In this document: in pieces, positions 50,158-59,768 of the stretch
Layout: each line of letters opens with the position of its first letter
Position numbering within the stretch: position 1 is the stretch's first letter
DNA from: Patescibacteria group bacterium
GTDB lineage: Bacteria > Patescibacteriota > Patescibacteriia > UBA1558 > S5-K13
Assembly (NCBI GenBank): GCA_028692545.1
Contig: JAQUXC010000001.1
Coordinates: forward strand, 92,658 to 156,657
Direction of reading: 5' to 3'
Length of the DNA: 64,000 bases
Notes under the pieces: model-generated
Seen by the model: the letters and a program-made list of their open reading frames with translations, nothing else
Told to the model about the DNA's origin: nothing
The model's database searches: none
Made by a program: the position numbers and the translations under genes

Positions 50158-51003
50158 ATGAATTTCATATTAGGAAAAAAGATAAAAATGACGCAAATCT
50201 TTACCCCAGAAGGTAAAGTTATTCCTGTTACAGAGATTTCTGTAGAACCAAATACAATCTTAAGAGTTAAGTCACTTGAAAAAGATGGATACTCTGCAAT
50301 TGTTTTAGCAGCTGGAAATAAGAAAAAAGTAAAAAAATCAATACTAGGATTATTTAAAAATTTTGGTAAATTTAGATATGTAAAAGAATTTAGAATAGAT
50401 GATCCAAAAGATTTGAAACCTGGAGATATAATAGGACTTACAAGTTTTGAGGAAGGTCAAAAGGTAAAAGCAATAGCAATTTCAAAAGGTAAAGGATTTC
50501 AGGGACCTGTAAAAAGACATGGTTTTCATGGAACAGATGAACAGCATGGTAACAAAGACCAATCAAGAATGCCTGGAAGTATTGGAGCAACAGGACCCGC
50601 TCATGTTTTCAAAGGTACGAGAATGGCTGGAAGAATGGGTGGAGATAGAGTTACAATAGCTGGTTTAGAAATTATGAAAATAGATTTAGAAAATAATATT
50701 TTATATTTAAAAGGTGCAATAGCTGGCGGAAGTAATGCTTTAGTGCATATAGTTGGAACTGGTGATATAAAATTATATGAAAAACCAATTATAAAAGAAG
50801 AAATTGTTGAAGAAACTATATTGACACAAGAAGAAGTTGTTTCAGAAAATACAGATATAATTTCAGATGAAAATATTGAAAAAGAAAAACAGCCAGAAAT
50901 TTCTTCAGAAGAAGTGGCTACCGTTATTACAGAAGAAGAAAAAGTAATAGTTGAACCAGACCTTAAAGTAGAAGAACAAGATAATAGCAATGAAAATAAA
51001 TAA
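50158..51003 (+). CDS. rplC: 50S ribosomal protein L3 with an approximately 80-aa acidic C-terminal extension
   Basis: It has the L3 N-terminal core, and GFHGTDEQHGNKDQSRMPGSIGATG is conserved. Confidence 0.85.
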   Translation: MNFILGKKIKMTQIFTPEGKVIPVTEISVEPNTILRVKSLEKDGYSAIVLAAGNKKKVKKSILGLFKNFGKFRYVKEFRIDDPKDLKPGDIIGLTSFEEGQKVKAIAISKGKGFQGPVKRHGFHGTDEQHGNKDQSRMPGSIGATGPAHVFKGTRMAGRMGGDRVTIAGLEIMKIDLENNILYLKGAIAGGSNALVHIVGTGDIKLYEKPIIKEEIVEETILTQEEVVSENTDIISDENIEKEKQPEISSEEVATVITEEEKVIVEPDLKVEEQDNSNENK

Positions 51004-51005
51004 AT

Positions 51006-51647
51006 ATGATTAAAGAGAAAATTTACAATTGGGAAGCTAAGGATATTGGTGAAATAGAATTAAATTCTAACATTTTTGATGTAAAGATAAATCCAGTATT
51101 GGTACAACAAGTTGTAGAAGCTCATATGGCTAATAGAAGAGTTGCAATAGCTCATACAAAAATAATGGCTGAAGTCAGAGGTGGGGGTAAAAAACCTTGG
51201 AAACAAAAAGGTACAGGGCGTGCAAGACATGGATCTTCAAGATCTCCATTATGGATAGGGGGAGGAGTTACATTTGGTCCTAGAAAAGATAGAAATTTTG
51301 AAAAGAAAATAAATAAAAAGATGAAACAAAAAGCTTTGTTCATGATTCTTACAGATAAATTACGAAACGAAAAATTTAAAATTGTAGAAGATATTGTAAT
51401 GGATACCAAGAAGACAAAGGACTTAGTTTTAAAAGTTAAAAATTTTAATTTATCAGATAAAAAAGTATTAATAACACTTAAAGAAACTAACGAAAATATA
51501 AAAGATTCTGCAAAAAATTTAAAAAATATAAAAGTAATGCCAGCTGATAGTTTGAATGTATATACATTATTAAATTATGAATATTTATTTTTAACTAAAT
51601 CAGCAGTAGAAAAAATAAATAAACATTTTGTAAAGATAAATAATTAA
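51006..51647 (+). CDS. rplD: 50S ribosomal protein L4
   Basis: It is in the S10 operon order and carries an L4 motif. Confidence 0.85.
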   Translation: MIKEKIYNWEAKDIGEIELNSNIFDVKINPVLVQQVVEAHMANRRVAIAHTKIMAEVRGGGKKPWKQKGTGRARHGSSRSPLWIGGGVTFGPRKDRNFEKKINKKMKQKALFMILTDKLRNEKFKIVEDIVMDTKKTKDLVLKVKNFNLSDKKVLITLKETNENIKDSAKNLKNIKVMPADSLNVYTLLNYEYLFLTKSAVEKINKHFVKINN

Positions 51648-51648
51648 T

Positions 51649-52098
51649 ATGGGATTATTCAATAAGAAAAAAGAACAAGACAATGATATAAAAAATTCAT
51701 TAGAAAAAGTTGAAACTGATTTAACTATTGATGAAATAAAACAAGGTAAAACTACAAAAAAAGATAAAGCAGTTGTGGCTTCATCAAAAAAGAATATTTC
51801 AAAACAAGATAGTAAAGAAGCTTACAAATATTTGATAAAACCGCTTATTACAGAAAAAGCTACGCATTTAAAGGTGCAAAATAAATATTTATTTTTGGTT
51901 GATGATAGATCTACAAAAAATGAAATAAAAAAAGCTGTTTTTCATGTTTATGGTTATAATCCGGAAAGTGTAAATATAATAAATCTAGGTGGTAAAAAAG
52001 TTAAATTTGGAAGAACATCAGGAGTTAGAAAATGCAAAAAAAAGGCTATAGTAACACTTAAAAAGGGAGATAGTATAGAAATATACGAAGGAGTTTAA
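51649..52098 (+). CDS. rplW: 50S ribosomal protein L23 (N-terminally extended)
   Basis: The L23 core is in the C-terminal 95 aa, and the gene order fits. Confidence 0.8.
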   Translation: MGLFNKKKEQDNDIKNSLEKVETDLTIDEIKQGKTTKKDKAVVASSKKNISKQDSKEAYKYLIKPLITEKATHLKVQNKYLFLVDDRSTKNEIKKAVFHVYGYNPESVNIINLGGKKVKFGRTSGVRKCKKKAIVTLKKGDSIEIYEGV

Positions 52099-52119
52099 TA
52101 GGATAATAGAACAAAAAAT

Positions 52120-52965
52120 ATGGCAATAAAAGTTTATAAACCTACTACACCGGCAAAACGCAAAACATCAGTTGTGCTAAATCCTATTTTGTCCAAAAAA
52201 TCAGAACCATTAAAAAAACTTACTTGTATAAAGAAAAAAAATAGTGGTAGAAATAATCAAGGTAGGGTAACAGTCAGACATCAGGGTGGTGGAGAAAAGA
52301 GATATCTTAGAGATGTAGATTTCAAAAGAGATAAATATGATATTCCAGCAAAAGTTGAAAAAATAGAGTATGATCCAAATAGAAATGCATTTATTTCTCT
52401 AGTGTGCTATAAAGATGGAGAAAGAAGATATATACTTACAGCAGAAGGAATGCAGGTTGGTCAAGAGGTAATCTCTTCAAAAACTAAATTAGTATTAGTA
52501 GATGGAAATAGATTTCCTTTTACACTTATTCCAAGCGGTACCTCTGTATATAATGTAGAATTGACTCCTGGTAAAGGTGGTAAAATGATAAGAGGAGCTG
52601 GTGCAAGAGGAGTATTTACTGGTATTGAAGGAAAATATGCACAAATAAAATTACCATCATCTGAAGTAAGATTAGTTCCAAAAGATTGTTTTGCAACAAT
52701 AGGACAGGTTTCAAATTCAGAATTTAGAAATATAAGATGGGGTAAAGCAGGTAGAATGAGACATCGTGGAATAAGACCTACTGTTCGTGGTAAAGCTATG
52801 AATCCATGTGATCATCCACACGGAGGAGGAGAAGGAAGACATCCAATAGGTATGAAACATCCAAAGACTCCATGGGGCAAGCCAGCACTTGGTGTCAAAA
52901 CAAGAGCAACAAAAAAGTATAGTGACAGTATGATTTTAAATAGAAGAAAGAAAAGAAATAAATAA
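52120..52965 (+). CDS. rplB: 50S ribosomal protein L2
   Basis: It has GRNNQGRVTVRHQGGG and HPHGGGEGR motifs. Confidence 0.9.
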   Translation: MAIKVYKPTTPAKRKTSVVLNPILSKKSEPLKKLTCIKKKNSGRNNQGRVTVRHQGGGEKRYLRDVDFKRDKYDIPAKVEKIEYDPNRNAFISLVCYKDGERRYILTAEGMQVGQEVISSKTKLVLVDGNRFPFTLIPSGTSVYNVELTPGKGGKMIRGAGARGVFTGIEGKYAQIKLPSSEVRLVPKDCFATIGQVSNSEFRNIRWGKAGRMRHRGIRPTVRGKAMNPCDHPHGGGEGRHPIGMKHPKTPWGKPALGVKTRATKKYSDSMILNRRKKRNK

Positions 52966-52994
52966 TTTAAGTATTTTTTGTATAATATAAAAAT

Positions 52995-53273
52995 ATGTCA
53001 AGAAGTTTAAAAAAATTACCATTTACGTGTCCAAAGCTACTTAAAAAAATAGCTAAGGCAAAACCTGGAGATAGAAATTCTATAAAAACATGGTCTAGAG
53101 AATCTACAATTACTCCAGAAATGGTTGGTTACACAATAAATGTGCATAATGGAAAAGACCATTTACCAGTATTTGTTGTAGAAAATATGGTTGGCCATAA
53201 ATTAGGAGAGTTTTCTCCTACAAAGAAGTTTATTTCTCATGGCGGTAAAATGGCAAAAGTCCAAAAGAAATAA
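52995..53273 (+). CDS. rpsS: 30S ribosomal protein S19
   Basis: It has the S19 core and fits the gene order. Confidence 0.9.
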   Translation: MSRSLKKLPFTCPKLLKKIAKAKPGDRNSIKTWSRESTITPEMVGYTINVHNGKDHLPVFVVENMVGHKLGEFSPTKKFISHGGKMAKVQKK

Positions 53274-53312
53274 TTATTAATTTATCTAGATTGTTTATTT
53301 ATTAAAAAAACT

Positions 53313-53855
53313 ATGGAAGTTAAAGCAGTATTAAGAAGATATAGAGTAGCACCAAGAAAGGTTCGTTTAGTAGTGAATCTTATTCGTGGTTTGGATGTAG
53401 ACAAAGCTCTAGGTCAGTTAGATTTTTTAGATAAGAAATCTACACTTGCTATCTCAAAACTTTTGAACTCAGCAATTGCTAATGCTGTGAATAATTTTTT
53501 ATTGGAAAAGAATAATTTATATATTAAATCAGTATTTGTAGATCAAGGACCAGTTTTTAAAAGATGGATGCCAAAAGCACATGGAAGAGCTACAAAAATA
53601 AAAAAATATACAAGTCATATAACTATTATATTAGATGAGAGAGTTGAAAAATTAAAGAAAGAAAATTCTAAAAAAGTTGATGCAGGAAAAAAGAAATCTG
53701 AAAAAAAGACAAATTTGAAAGAGAATACAAGTGATAAAAAAAATAAAAATATCATTCCAAAAAAGAAATTTCTTGTTGATAGAAAGTCTATAAAAAATGT
53801 AAATGCAACAAGAAGTTTGAAGTCACATAATATAATAAAATCAGGAGATAAATAA
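53313..53855 (+). CDS. rplV: 50S ribosomal protein L22 with Lys-rich C-terminal extension
   Basis: The N-terminal L22 core is followed by a roughly 70-aa basic tail. Confidence 0.85.
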   Translation: MEVKAVLRRYRVAPRKVRLVVNLIRGLDVDKALGQLDFLDKKSTLAISKLLNSAIANAVNNFLLEKNNLYIKSVFVDQGPVFKRWMPKAHGRATKIKKYTSHITIILDERVEKLKKENSKKVDAGKKKSEKKTNLKENTSDKKNKNIIPKKKFLVDRKSIKNVNATRSLKSHNIIKSGDK

Positions 53856-53856
53856 A

Positions 53857-54597
53857 ATGGGACATAAAGTAAATCCAATAGCATTTAGAATGGGGATGTC
53901 ACAAAAATGGAGATCAAAGTGGTTTAGTGACAAAAACTATATAGAATATCTAAGGCAAGATATATTAATGAGAGGTTTTTTGAAGAAAAAACTTAGAGAT
54001 GCAAGCGTTGCAAGTATTGAAATAAAAAGATCATCAGATGTTATTGAGATTGTAATACATTCTGCAAGACCAGGTATTATTATTGGAAGAGGTGGAACTG
54101 GTATTGAAGATTTGAAAAAAGAATTAATTAAAAAGTTTATTAAAAAAGAAAAATCAAATTTGAGAATTAGTATAGAAGAAGTTTCAAGACCATCATTGTC
54201 AGCTGCTATAGTTTTACAAAGTATTATAGATCAAACAGAAAAAAGAATTCCATTTAGAAAAGTTATAAAGAGAACTATTGAAAAATCTATGGAAGACGGA
54301 TGTAAGGGTATAAAGATAACAATGTCTGGAAGATTAAATGGTGTTGAAATAGCCAGAACTGAAACATTAAAAGAAGGTAGATTGCCACTTCATACATTAC
54401 GAGCAGATATAGATTATTCAAGAGGTGCAGCAGCAACTACATATGGTAAAGTTGGTGTTAAAGTATGGATTTATAGAGGTGATGCATCAAATACAGAAAA
54501 TATAGAAGCAGAAAAAGATACAAAAGAAAATAAGAGAAATTTTGGTAAATTTAATAATAGAAGAGATAATAGTTATCAAAAAAATAATAAGAAATAA
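53857..54597 (+). CDS. rpsC: 30S ribosomal protein S3
   Basis: It has the KH domain and S3 C-terminal domain, and fits the gene order. Confidence 0.9.
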   Translation: MGHKVNPIAFRMGMSQKWRSKWFSDKNYIEYLRQDILMRGFLKKKLRDASVASIEIKRSSDVIEIVIHSARPGIIIGRGGTGIEDLKKELIKKFIKKEKSNLRISIEEVSRPSLSAAIVLQSIIDQTEKRIPFRKVIKRTIEKSMEDGCKGIKITMSGRLNGVEIARTETLKEGRLPLHTLRADIDYSRGAAATTYGKVGVKVWIYRGDASNTENIEAEKDTKENKRNFGKFNNRRDNSYQKNNKK

Positions 54598-54618
54598 AGA
54601 ATTAAATATTTTTAATAT

Positions 54619-55026
54619 ATGTTAGCACCAAAGAAACAAAAACATAGAAAATGGCAAAGAGGAGATCAGATAAGAGGTATTGCTACTCAAGGTAATAAAG
54701 TGAGTTTTGGTACCTATGGACTTAAAACACAGGAAGCAGCTTGGATTACCTCAAGACAAATAGAATCTGCAAGACGTGCTATAGTTCATCATTTACAAAG
54801 AGGAGCTAAATATTGGATAAGAATTTTTCCTGATAAGCCAATGACATCAAAAAGTGGTGAAATTCCTATGGGAAAAGGAAAAGGAGCGGTTGATCATTAT
54901 GTAGCAGTAGTAAAGCCTGGTAATATATTGTTTGAATTAGAGGGTATCGAAGCAAATAGAGCAAAAGAAGCTTTTAGATTAGCATCTCATAAATTGCCAG
55001 TAAAGTGTACATTTATTACAAAATAA
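54619..55026 (+). CDS. rplP: 50S ribosomal protein L16
   Basis: It has an L16 motif and fits the gene order. Confidence 0.9.
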   Translation: MLAPKKQKHRKWQRGDQIRGIATQGNKVSFGTYGLKTQEAAWITSRQIESARRAIVHHLQRGAKYWIRIFPDKPMTSKSGEIPMGKGKGAVDHYVAVVKPGNILFELEGIEANRAKEAFRLASHKLPVKCTFITK

Positions 55027-55037
55027 TTTTAATTAAT

Positions 55038-55301
55038 ATGAAATTTGTAGAGTTGAAAAAAAAGAGCATAAAAGAATTAAATGATCTGTTGAAATCCAAA
55101 AGAGAGGAATTTAGGTCTTTGAGATTTAGTATAGGATCAGAACAAGAAAAAAATGTTAGAAAATTAAGAGAAGTAAAAAAAGTTGTTTCTAGAATTCTTA
55201 CAATATTAAATAATAATTTTGAAAATAAAAGTACAGATAATCTAGTTACTCCAGAAAATTTAGATAAAGAAAAAGAAATAAATGAAGAAAAAATTAAATA
55301 G
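55038..55301 (+). CDS. rpmC: 50S ribosomal protein L29 (start adjusted to ATG 55038)
   Basis: MKFVELKKKSIKELNDLL is a typical L29 N-terminus. The ORF-track start at 55005 overlaps rplP. Confidence 0.8.
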   Translation: MKFVELKKKSIKELNDLLKSKREEFRSLRFSIGSEQEKNVRKLREVKKVVSRILTILNNNFENKSTDNLVTPENLDKEKEINEEKIK

Positions 55302-55308
55302 TATAAAT

Positions 55309-55587
55309 ATGAATAAAGAAATACAAAAAATAGAATCTAGCCCAAAAAAAAGACAGTTTAGAGAATTAAAAGGTGTTGTTGTTAGTAATAAAATGGATAA
55401 AACTGTTGTGGTAAAGATTGATGTGATAAAGAGGCATAAAATTTATAAAAAAAGTTATACTGTTAGTAAGAGATATAAAGCACATGATGCAATAAATCAA
55501 TATAAAGTAAATGATATTGTTTTAATAAGACAAATAAAACCCATGTCAAAAGATAAAAAATGGGAAGTTATTAAAAAAATAAAATAA
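55309..55587 (+). CDS. rpsQ: 30S ribosomal protein S17 (start adjusted to ATG 55309)
   Basis: It has the S17 OB-fold core KGVVVSNKMDKTVVVKI. Confidence 0.8.
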   Translation: MNKEIQKIESSPKKRQFRELKGVVVSNKMDKTVVVKIDVIKRHKIYKKSYTVSKRYKAHDAINQYKVNDIVLIRQIKPMSKDKKWEVIKKIK

Positions 55588-55614
55588 TAATTTAAAAGCA
55601 AAGTATTTAAATAT

Positions 55615-55986
55615 ATGATACAACAACAGACAATGTTAAAAGTAGCTGATAACAGTGGAGGAAAAAAAGTCCAGTGTATTAAGGTGCTTGGTGGTACAAG
55701 AAGAAGATATGCTACTGTTGGTGATGTTATAGTTATAACAGTAAAAGTTGCTCAACCTCATAGTATAGTAAAAAAGAGTGAGGTTTTAAAGGCTGTAATA
55801 GTAAGACAGAAAAAAGCAATTAGAAGAAATAGTGGTATATATGTAAGATTTGATGATAATGCTGTTGTAATTTTAGATAAAAACAATAAAGATCCAAAGG
55901 GAAGTAGAATTTTTGGTCCTGTTGCAAGAGAGCTTAGAGCAAAAGGATTTAATAAAATTATTTCTTTGGCACCCGAGGTATTATAA
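55615..55986 (+). CDS. rplN: 50S ribosomal protein L14
   Basis: The N-terminus [17 protein letters not shown] matches L14. Confidence 0.95.
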   Translation: MIQQQTMLKVADNSGGKKVQCIKVLGGTRRRYATVGDVIVITVKVAQPHSIVKKSEVLKAVIVRQKKAIRRNSGIYVRFDDNAVVILDKNNKDPKGSRIFGPVARELRAKGFNKIISLAPEVL

Positions 55987-56024
55987 TAGATCAATAGAAT
56001 TGAATAAAAAGTTAAATTATATAT

Positions 56025-56333
56025 ATGAAAATTAAGAAAAATGATACGGTAAAAGTAATTGTAGGTAAAGATAAGGGTAAAACAGGAAAAGTTACTCAGA
56101 TTTTTTCTAAATTAGATAAAGTAGTAGTAGAAGGAGTAAATAAAAGTTTTAAAAATTTGAAACCAAAAAAACGTGGTGAGTCAGGTCAGAGAATAGAATT
56201 TGATTTTCCTCTAAACATCTCCAATGTAGTTTTAATATGTAAAAAATGTGGCAAGACAACAAGAGTTGCTTACAAAGTATCAGAAAATAATAAGTATAGA
56301 ATATGTAAGAAATGTAAAGAAATAATAGATTAG
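56025..56333 (+). CDS. rplX: 50S ribosomal protein L24 with C-terminal Cys4 zinc-ribbon extension
   Basis: It has a KOW motif at the N-terminus. The C-terminal CKKCGK...CKKCKE is not present in typical bacterial L24. Confidence 0.85.
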   Translation: MKIKKNDTVKVIVGKDKGKTGKVTQIFSKLDKVVVEGVNKSFKNLKPKKRGESGQRIEFDFPLNISNVVLICKKCGKTTRVAYKVSENNKYRICKKCKEIID

Positions 56334-56346
56334 TTAATTTAAAATT

Positions 56347-56952
56347 ATGAGTATATTAAATACAAAAGAAAAATATCTAAAAGAAGTCGGACCAAAAATG
56401 ATGAAAGATTTTGGTTATAAAAATATTCTTTCTATACCAAAGATTGAAAAGATTACATTAAATGTTGGACTTGGAAAATCTCTTACAAATAAAGACCTTG
56501 TAAAGGTAGTTGAGAGTACTCTAAAAAGAATAACAGGTCAGACATCAGTTCTTACAAAAGCAAAAAAGTCTATTTCAGCATTTAAAATTAGAGAAGGTAT
56601 GGTAATTGGAGCAAAAGTTACTTTAAGGGGTAAAAGAATGTATGATTTTCTTGATAAATTGATTCATATTACATTTCCTAGAGTAAAAGATTTTCATGGA
56701 ATAGACGTAAGAAAAAAACATATAGATAAAATGGGAGGTTTTTCATATGGATTCAAAGAACATATAGTATTTCCTGAAATAAAAGCAGATGAAGTAGAAT
56801 CAATACATGGATTGGAAATTAATATGACAACTACATCAGAAAATCCTGCAGAAACTTATTTTCTATTAAAATATTTAGGATTTCCTTTTATTATAGATGA
56901 AGAGTTTGAACAGAAGTTAAAAGATCAGTATTTTTCTAAAAAGAATAAATAA
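56347..56952 (+). CDS. rplE: 50S ribosomal protein L5
   Basis: It has the L5 core and fits the gene order. Confidence 0.9.
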   Translation: MSILNTKEKYLKEVGPKMMKDFGYKNILSIPKIEKITLNVGLGKSLTNKDLVKVVESTLKRITGQTSVLTKAKKSISAFKIREGMVIGAKVTLRGKRMYDFLDKLIHITFPRVKDFHGIDVRKKHIDKMGGFSYGFKEHIVFPEIKADEVESIHGLEINMTTTSENPAETYFLLKYLGFPFIIDEEFEQKLKDQYFSKKNK

Positions 56953-56978
56953 AACCCAGTTAATCTGGAAAAAATATT

Positions 56979-57164
56979 ATGGCTACAAAAGCACAAATAG
57001 TAAAATCAAATAGTAAACCAAAATACTCAACACGATCAAATAATAGATGTTGGCGTTGTGGAAGAGGTAGATCTTATATGAGTGATTTTGGAATATGTAG
57101 AATATGTTTTAGAGAATTAGCAAGTAAAGGTGAATTACCAGGAGTAAAAAAAAGTAGTTGGTAA
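56979..57164 (+). CDS. rpsZ: 30S ribosomal protein S14 type Z (zinc-binding)
   Basis: It is 61 aa with the motif [23 protein letters not shown]. Confidence 0.9.
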   Translation: MATKAQIVKSNSKPKYSTRSNNRCWRCGRGRSYMSDFGICRICFRELASKGELPGVKKSSW

Positions 57165-57206
57165 ATTATTAATAAAATTATTAAATAATAAGAAATATTT
57201 AAATAT

Positions 57207-57602
57207 ATGATGACAGACCCAATAGCAGATATGCTAACTAGAATCAGAAATGCTCAGGCTGTAAAAAAGCAAGAGGTTGTTTTTCCTTTTTCTAAAATAA
57301 AATATGAAATAGCAAAACTGCTCGTAAGGGAGAATTTTATAGAATCTGCTGAAAAGATTTCTGAAAATAAGTTTGATCAAATAAAGATAGTTTTGAAATA
57401 CAAAGAAAATGGAAAACCATTTGTAGAACATATAAAGAGAATCAGTAAGCCGGGTCAGAGAGTTTATATAAATAACGGAGAAATACCAAATGTTTTAAAT
57501 GATTTAGGTTTGGCAATATTATCTACATCTCAAGGTATTATGACAAACAAGAAGGCAAGAAGAATGCAAATAGGTGGAGAATTATTATTTGAAATTTGGT
57601 AG
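57207..57602 (+). CDS. rpsH: 30S ribosomal protein S8
   Basis: The N-terminus MMTDPIADMLTRIRNA matches S8. Confidence 0.9.
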   Translation: MMTDPIADMLTRIRNAQAVKKQEVVFPFSKIKYEIAKLLVRENFIESAEKISENKFDQIKIVLKYKENGKPFVEHIKRISKPGQRVYINNGEIPNVLNDLGLAILSTSQGIMTNKKARRMQIGGELLFEIW

Positions 57603-57680
57603 AATTAAGTTGAAAAGTCATAAAGTACAAAGTTGAAAGTACTTTATAACTCAGAACTTTATAACTTTAAACTAAAAATT
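57603..57680. repeat. intergenic repeat element (ataaagtac / ctttataact words), family shared with 28652-28740
   Basis: It lies between rpsH and rplF. It has internal inverted symmetry aaagtac/gtacttt. Confidence 0.5.
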
Positions 57681-58220
57681 ATGTCAAGAATAGGCAAACA
57701 ACCAGTAAATATTCCAGAAAATGTTCAAGTAAAAATTGAATCAGGTGTTATTTATGTTGATGGACCAAAGGGAAAGTTGAATCAAAATTTGGTACCAAAT
57801 GTAAATGTGGAAATAAAAGAATCACAAATTATTGTAAGTGTTGATAATCCAAAGAACAAAGAGCAAAGAGCAAAATGGGGACTACAAAGAAGTCTTATAA
57901 ATAATATGGTTATTGGAGTCACAAATACTTTTGAAAAAAAGTTAGAAATAAATGGAGTTGGATATAAGGCCAGTATTAGCGGTCAAAAATTGACAATACT
58001 TGCTGGATATTCTCATCCCGTAGATTATGATTTACCAGAAGGAATAAGTGGATCAGTAGAAAAAAATTTAATAACAATTGTAGGTATAGATAAGCAGTTA
58101 GTAGGAACTGTAGCTGATAAAATAAGAAAAATTAGAAAACCAGAGCCTTATAAGGGTAAGGGTATAAGATATTTTGGAGAAGTAGTAAGAAGAAAAGAAG
58201 GAAAAACTTCTAAGAGTTAA
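57681..58220 (+). CDS. rplF: 50S ribosomal protein L6 (start adjusted to ATG 57681)
   Basis: The N-terminus MSRIGKQPVNIPENV matches L6. The ORF-track start at 57633 lies inside the repeat element. Confidence 0.85.
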   Translation: MSRIGKQPVNIPENVQVKIESGVIYVDGPKGKLNQNLVPNVNVEIKESQIIVSVDNPKNKEQRAKWGLQRSLINNMVIGVTNTFEKKLEINGVGYKASISGQKLTILAGYSHPVDYDLPEGISGSVEKNLITIVGIDKQLVGTVADKIRKIRKPEPYKGKGIRYFGEVVRRKEGKTSKS

Positions 58221-58252
58221 TATATCCAGCTGAGCTGGGGATAAAAAAATAT

Positions 58253-58606
58253 ATGGATAAAAATATTAAAAAAGATGTTTCAAAGAAAAGAATTCATAAT
58301 AGAGTTAGATCTGTTGTAATAGGTACTGCAGTAAGACCAAGAATGAGTGTATTTTTCAGTTTAAAACATTCATATGTTCAGCTTATTGATGATGAGAACA
58401 GTAAAACACTTATTAGCGCTAATGATAAAGAGTTGAAATTAAATGGTAAGAATATTAAGATAGCAGAAGAACTTGGAAAATTAATAGCAAAAAAAGCAAA
58501 AGAAATAAAAATTGAGAATGTTGTTTTCGATAGAGGATCTAAAAAATATCATGGCAAAGTAAAGGCATTGGCTGATACTGCCAGAGCAGAGGGTTTAAAT
58601 TTTTAA
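58253..58606 (+). CDS. rplR: 50S ribosomal protein L18
   Basis: It has the L18 core and fits the gene order. Confidence 0.85.
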   Translation: MDKNIKKDVSKKRIHNRVRSVVIGTAVRPRMSVFFSLKHSYVQLIDDENSKTLISANDKELKLNGKNIKIAEELGKLIAKKAKEIKIENVVFDRGSKKYHGKVKALADTARAEGLNF

Positions 58607-58621
58607 GGATAATTTTATTAT

Positions 58622-59161
58622 ATGAGAGAAAAATTTCAAAAAAGAGAGAAGCCAGAATTTGAACAAAGATTAGTAGATATAGCTAGAGTTACTAGAGTAA
58701 TGGCAGGCGGAAAAAGACTCAGATTCAGAGCTTGTGTTGTAATCGGAGATTTAAATGGAAGAGTAGGTTGGGGTATAGCAAAAGGAGCCGATGTTTCAAT
58801 TGCTATAAACAAAGCTGTTTCAAAAGCAAAAAAGCAAATGATAACTGTAAATACATACAAAAATACTATAGCTCATGAAGTGAAGAAAAAGTTCAAATCT
58901 GCTTTTATTTATTTAAAACCAGCACCTGAGGGAAGAGGGGTTATAGCAGGCGGTGTTGTAAGAGATGTTATGGAACTTGCTGGTATAAAAGATATTATTG
59001 CAAAAATGTATGGTTCAAATAGTAAAATAAATAATGTAAGAGCTACATTTGAAGCATTATCTGATTTAAGATTACTAGAAGAAAAAAAATCTGATTCAAA
59101 AGAAAAGGTATTAGAAAAATCAGAATCTATTTTAGTAGAAGATATAAAAAAAGAAGAATAA
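58622..59161 (+). CDS. rpsE: 30S ribosomal protein S5
   Basis: It has the S5 dsRBD-like core VTRVMAGGKRLRFRA. Confidence 0.9.
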   Translation: MREKFQKREKPEFEQRLVDIARVTRVMAGGKRLRFRACVVIGDLNGRVGWGIAKGADVSIAINKAVSKAKKQMITVNTYKNTIAHEVKKKFKSAFIYLKPAPEGRGVIAGGVVRDVMELAGIKDIIAKMYGSNSKINNVRATFEALSDLRLLEEKKSDSKEKVLEKSESILVEDIKKEE

Positions 59162-59176
59162 ATAATTAAAGATAAA

Positions 59177-59262
59177 TAGTTAGAGAATTAGAATGTTAGA
59201 GTCAGATAAATTATAAATAATATCTCTGACGCATTAACTAATTAATACGCTAACTCACTAAA
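59177..59262. repeat. foldback element of GTTAG/ATTAG-octamer repeats (same family as 41535-41603)
   Basis: The left arm agttagagaattagaatgttagagtcagat pairs with the inverted right arm ctctgacgcattaactaattaatacgctaactcactaa. It shares the core actcactaa with the other copy. Confidence 0.5.
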
Positions 59263-59265
59263 TAT

Positions 59266-59766
59266 ATGTTGACTCTAAGTAATTTAAAGATAAATAAAAA
59301 ATCTAAATCAAAAAAGCAACGTCTTGGTCGTGGTAATTCTTCTGGCCGTGGTAATTATTCTGGCCGTGGTATGAAAGGTCAAAGGTCAAGAAGTGGTGGA
59401 AAATCAGGATTAAAGAGACTCGGAATGAAAAAATTAATAGCTCAATTGCCAAAACATAGAGGTTTTAATAGAATTAGTGAAAAATTTGAAGTTTTAAATT
59501 TATCAATATTAGAATCAAAGTTTAATACAGGAGATGAAGTGAGTGTAAAAACTTTATTGAAATTGGATTTAGTGTCATCTATAAAAGCTAATGTAAAAAT
59601 ATTAGGCAAAGGTAATCTAACAAAGAAATTGAAAGTGAAGGCTCATGATTTTTCAAAATCTGCCAAAGAAGCTATAATAAAAGCTGGTGGAGAAGTAATA
59701 GAGACTCCTAAATTTAAAAAGAAACCAACTCTTAAGAAATCAAAGAGAGTTGCACATAAAGATTAA
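59266..59766 (+). CDS. rplO: 50S ribosomal protein L15 (directly after S5; no L30 gene)
   Basis: It has the L15 Gly/Arg-rich N-terminus GRGNSSGRGNYSGRGMKGQ. Confidence 0.85.
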   Translation: MLTLSNLKINKKSKSKKQRLGRGNSSGRGNYSGRGMKGQRSRSGGKSGLKRLGMKKLIAQLPKHRGFNRISEKFEVLNLSILESKFNTGDEVSVKTLLKLDLVSSIKANVKILGKGNLTKKLKVKAHDFSKSAKEAIIKAGGEVIETPKFKKKPTLKKSKRVAHKD

Positions 59767-59768
59767 AA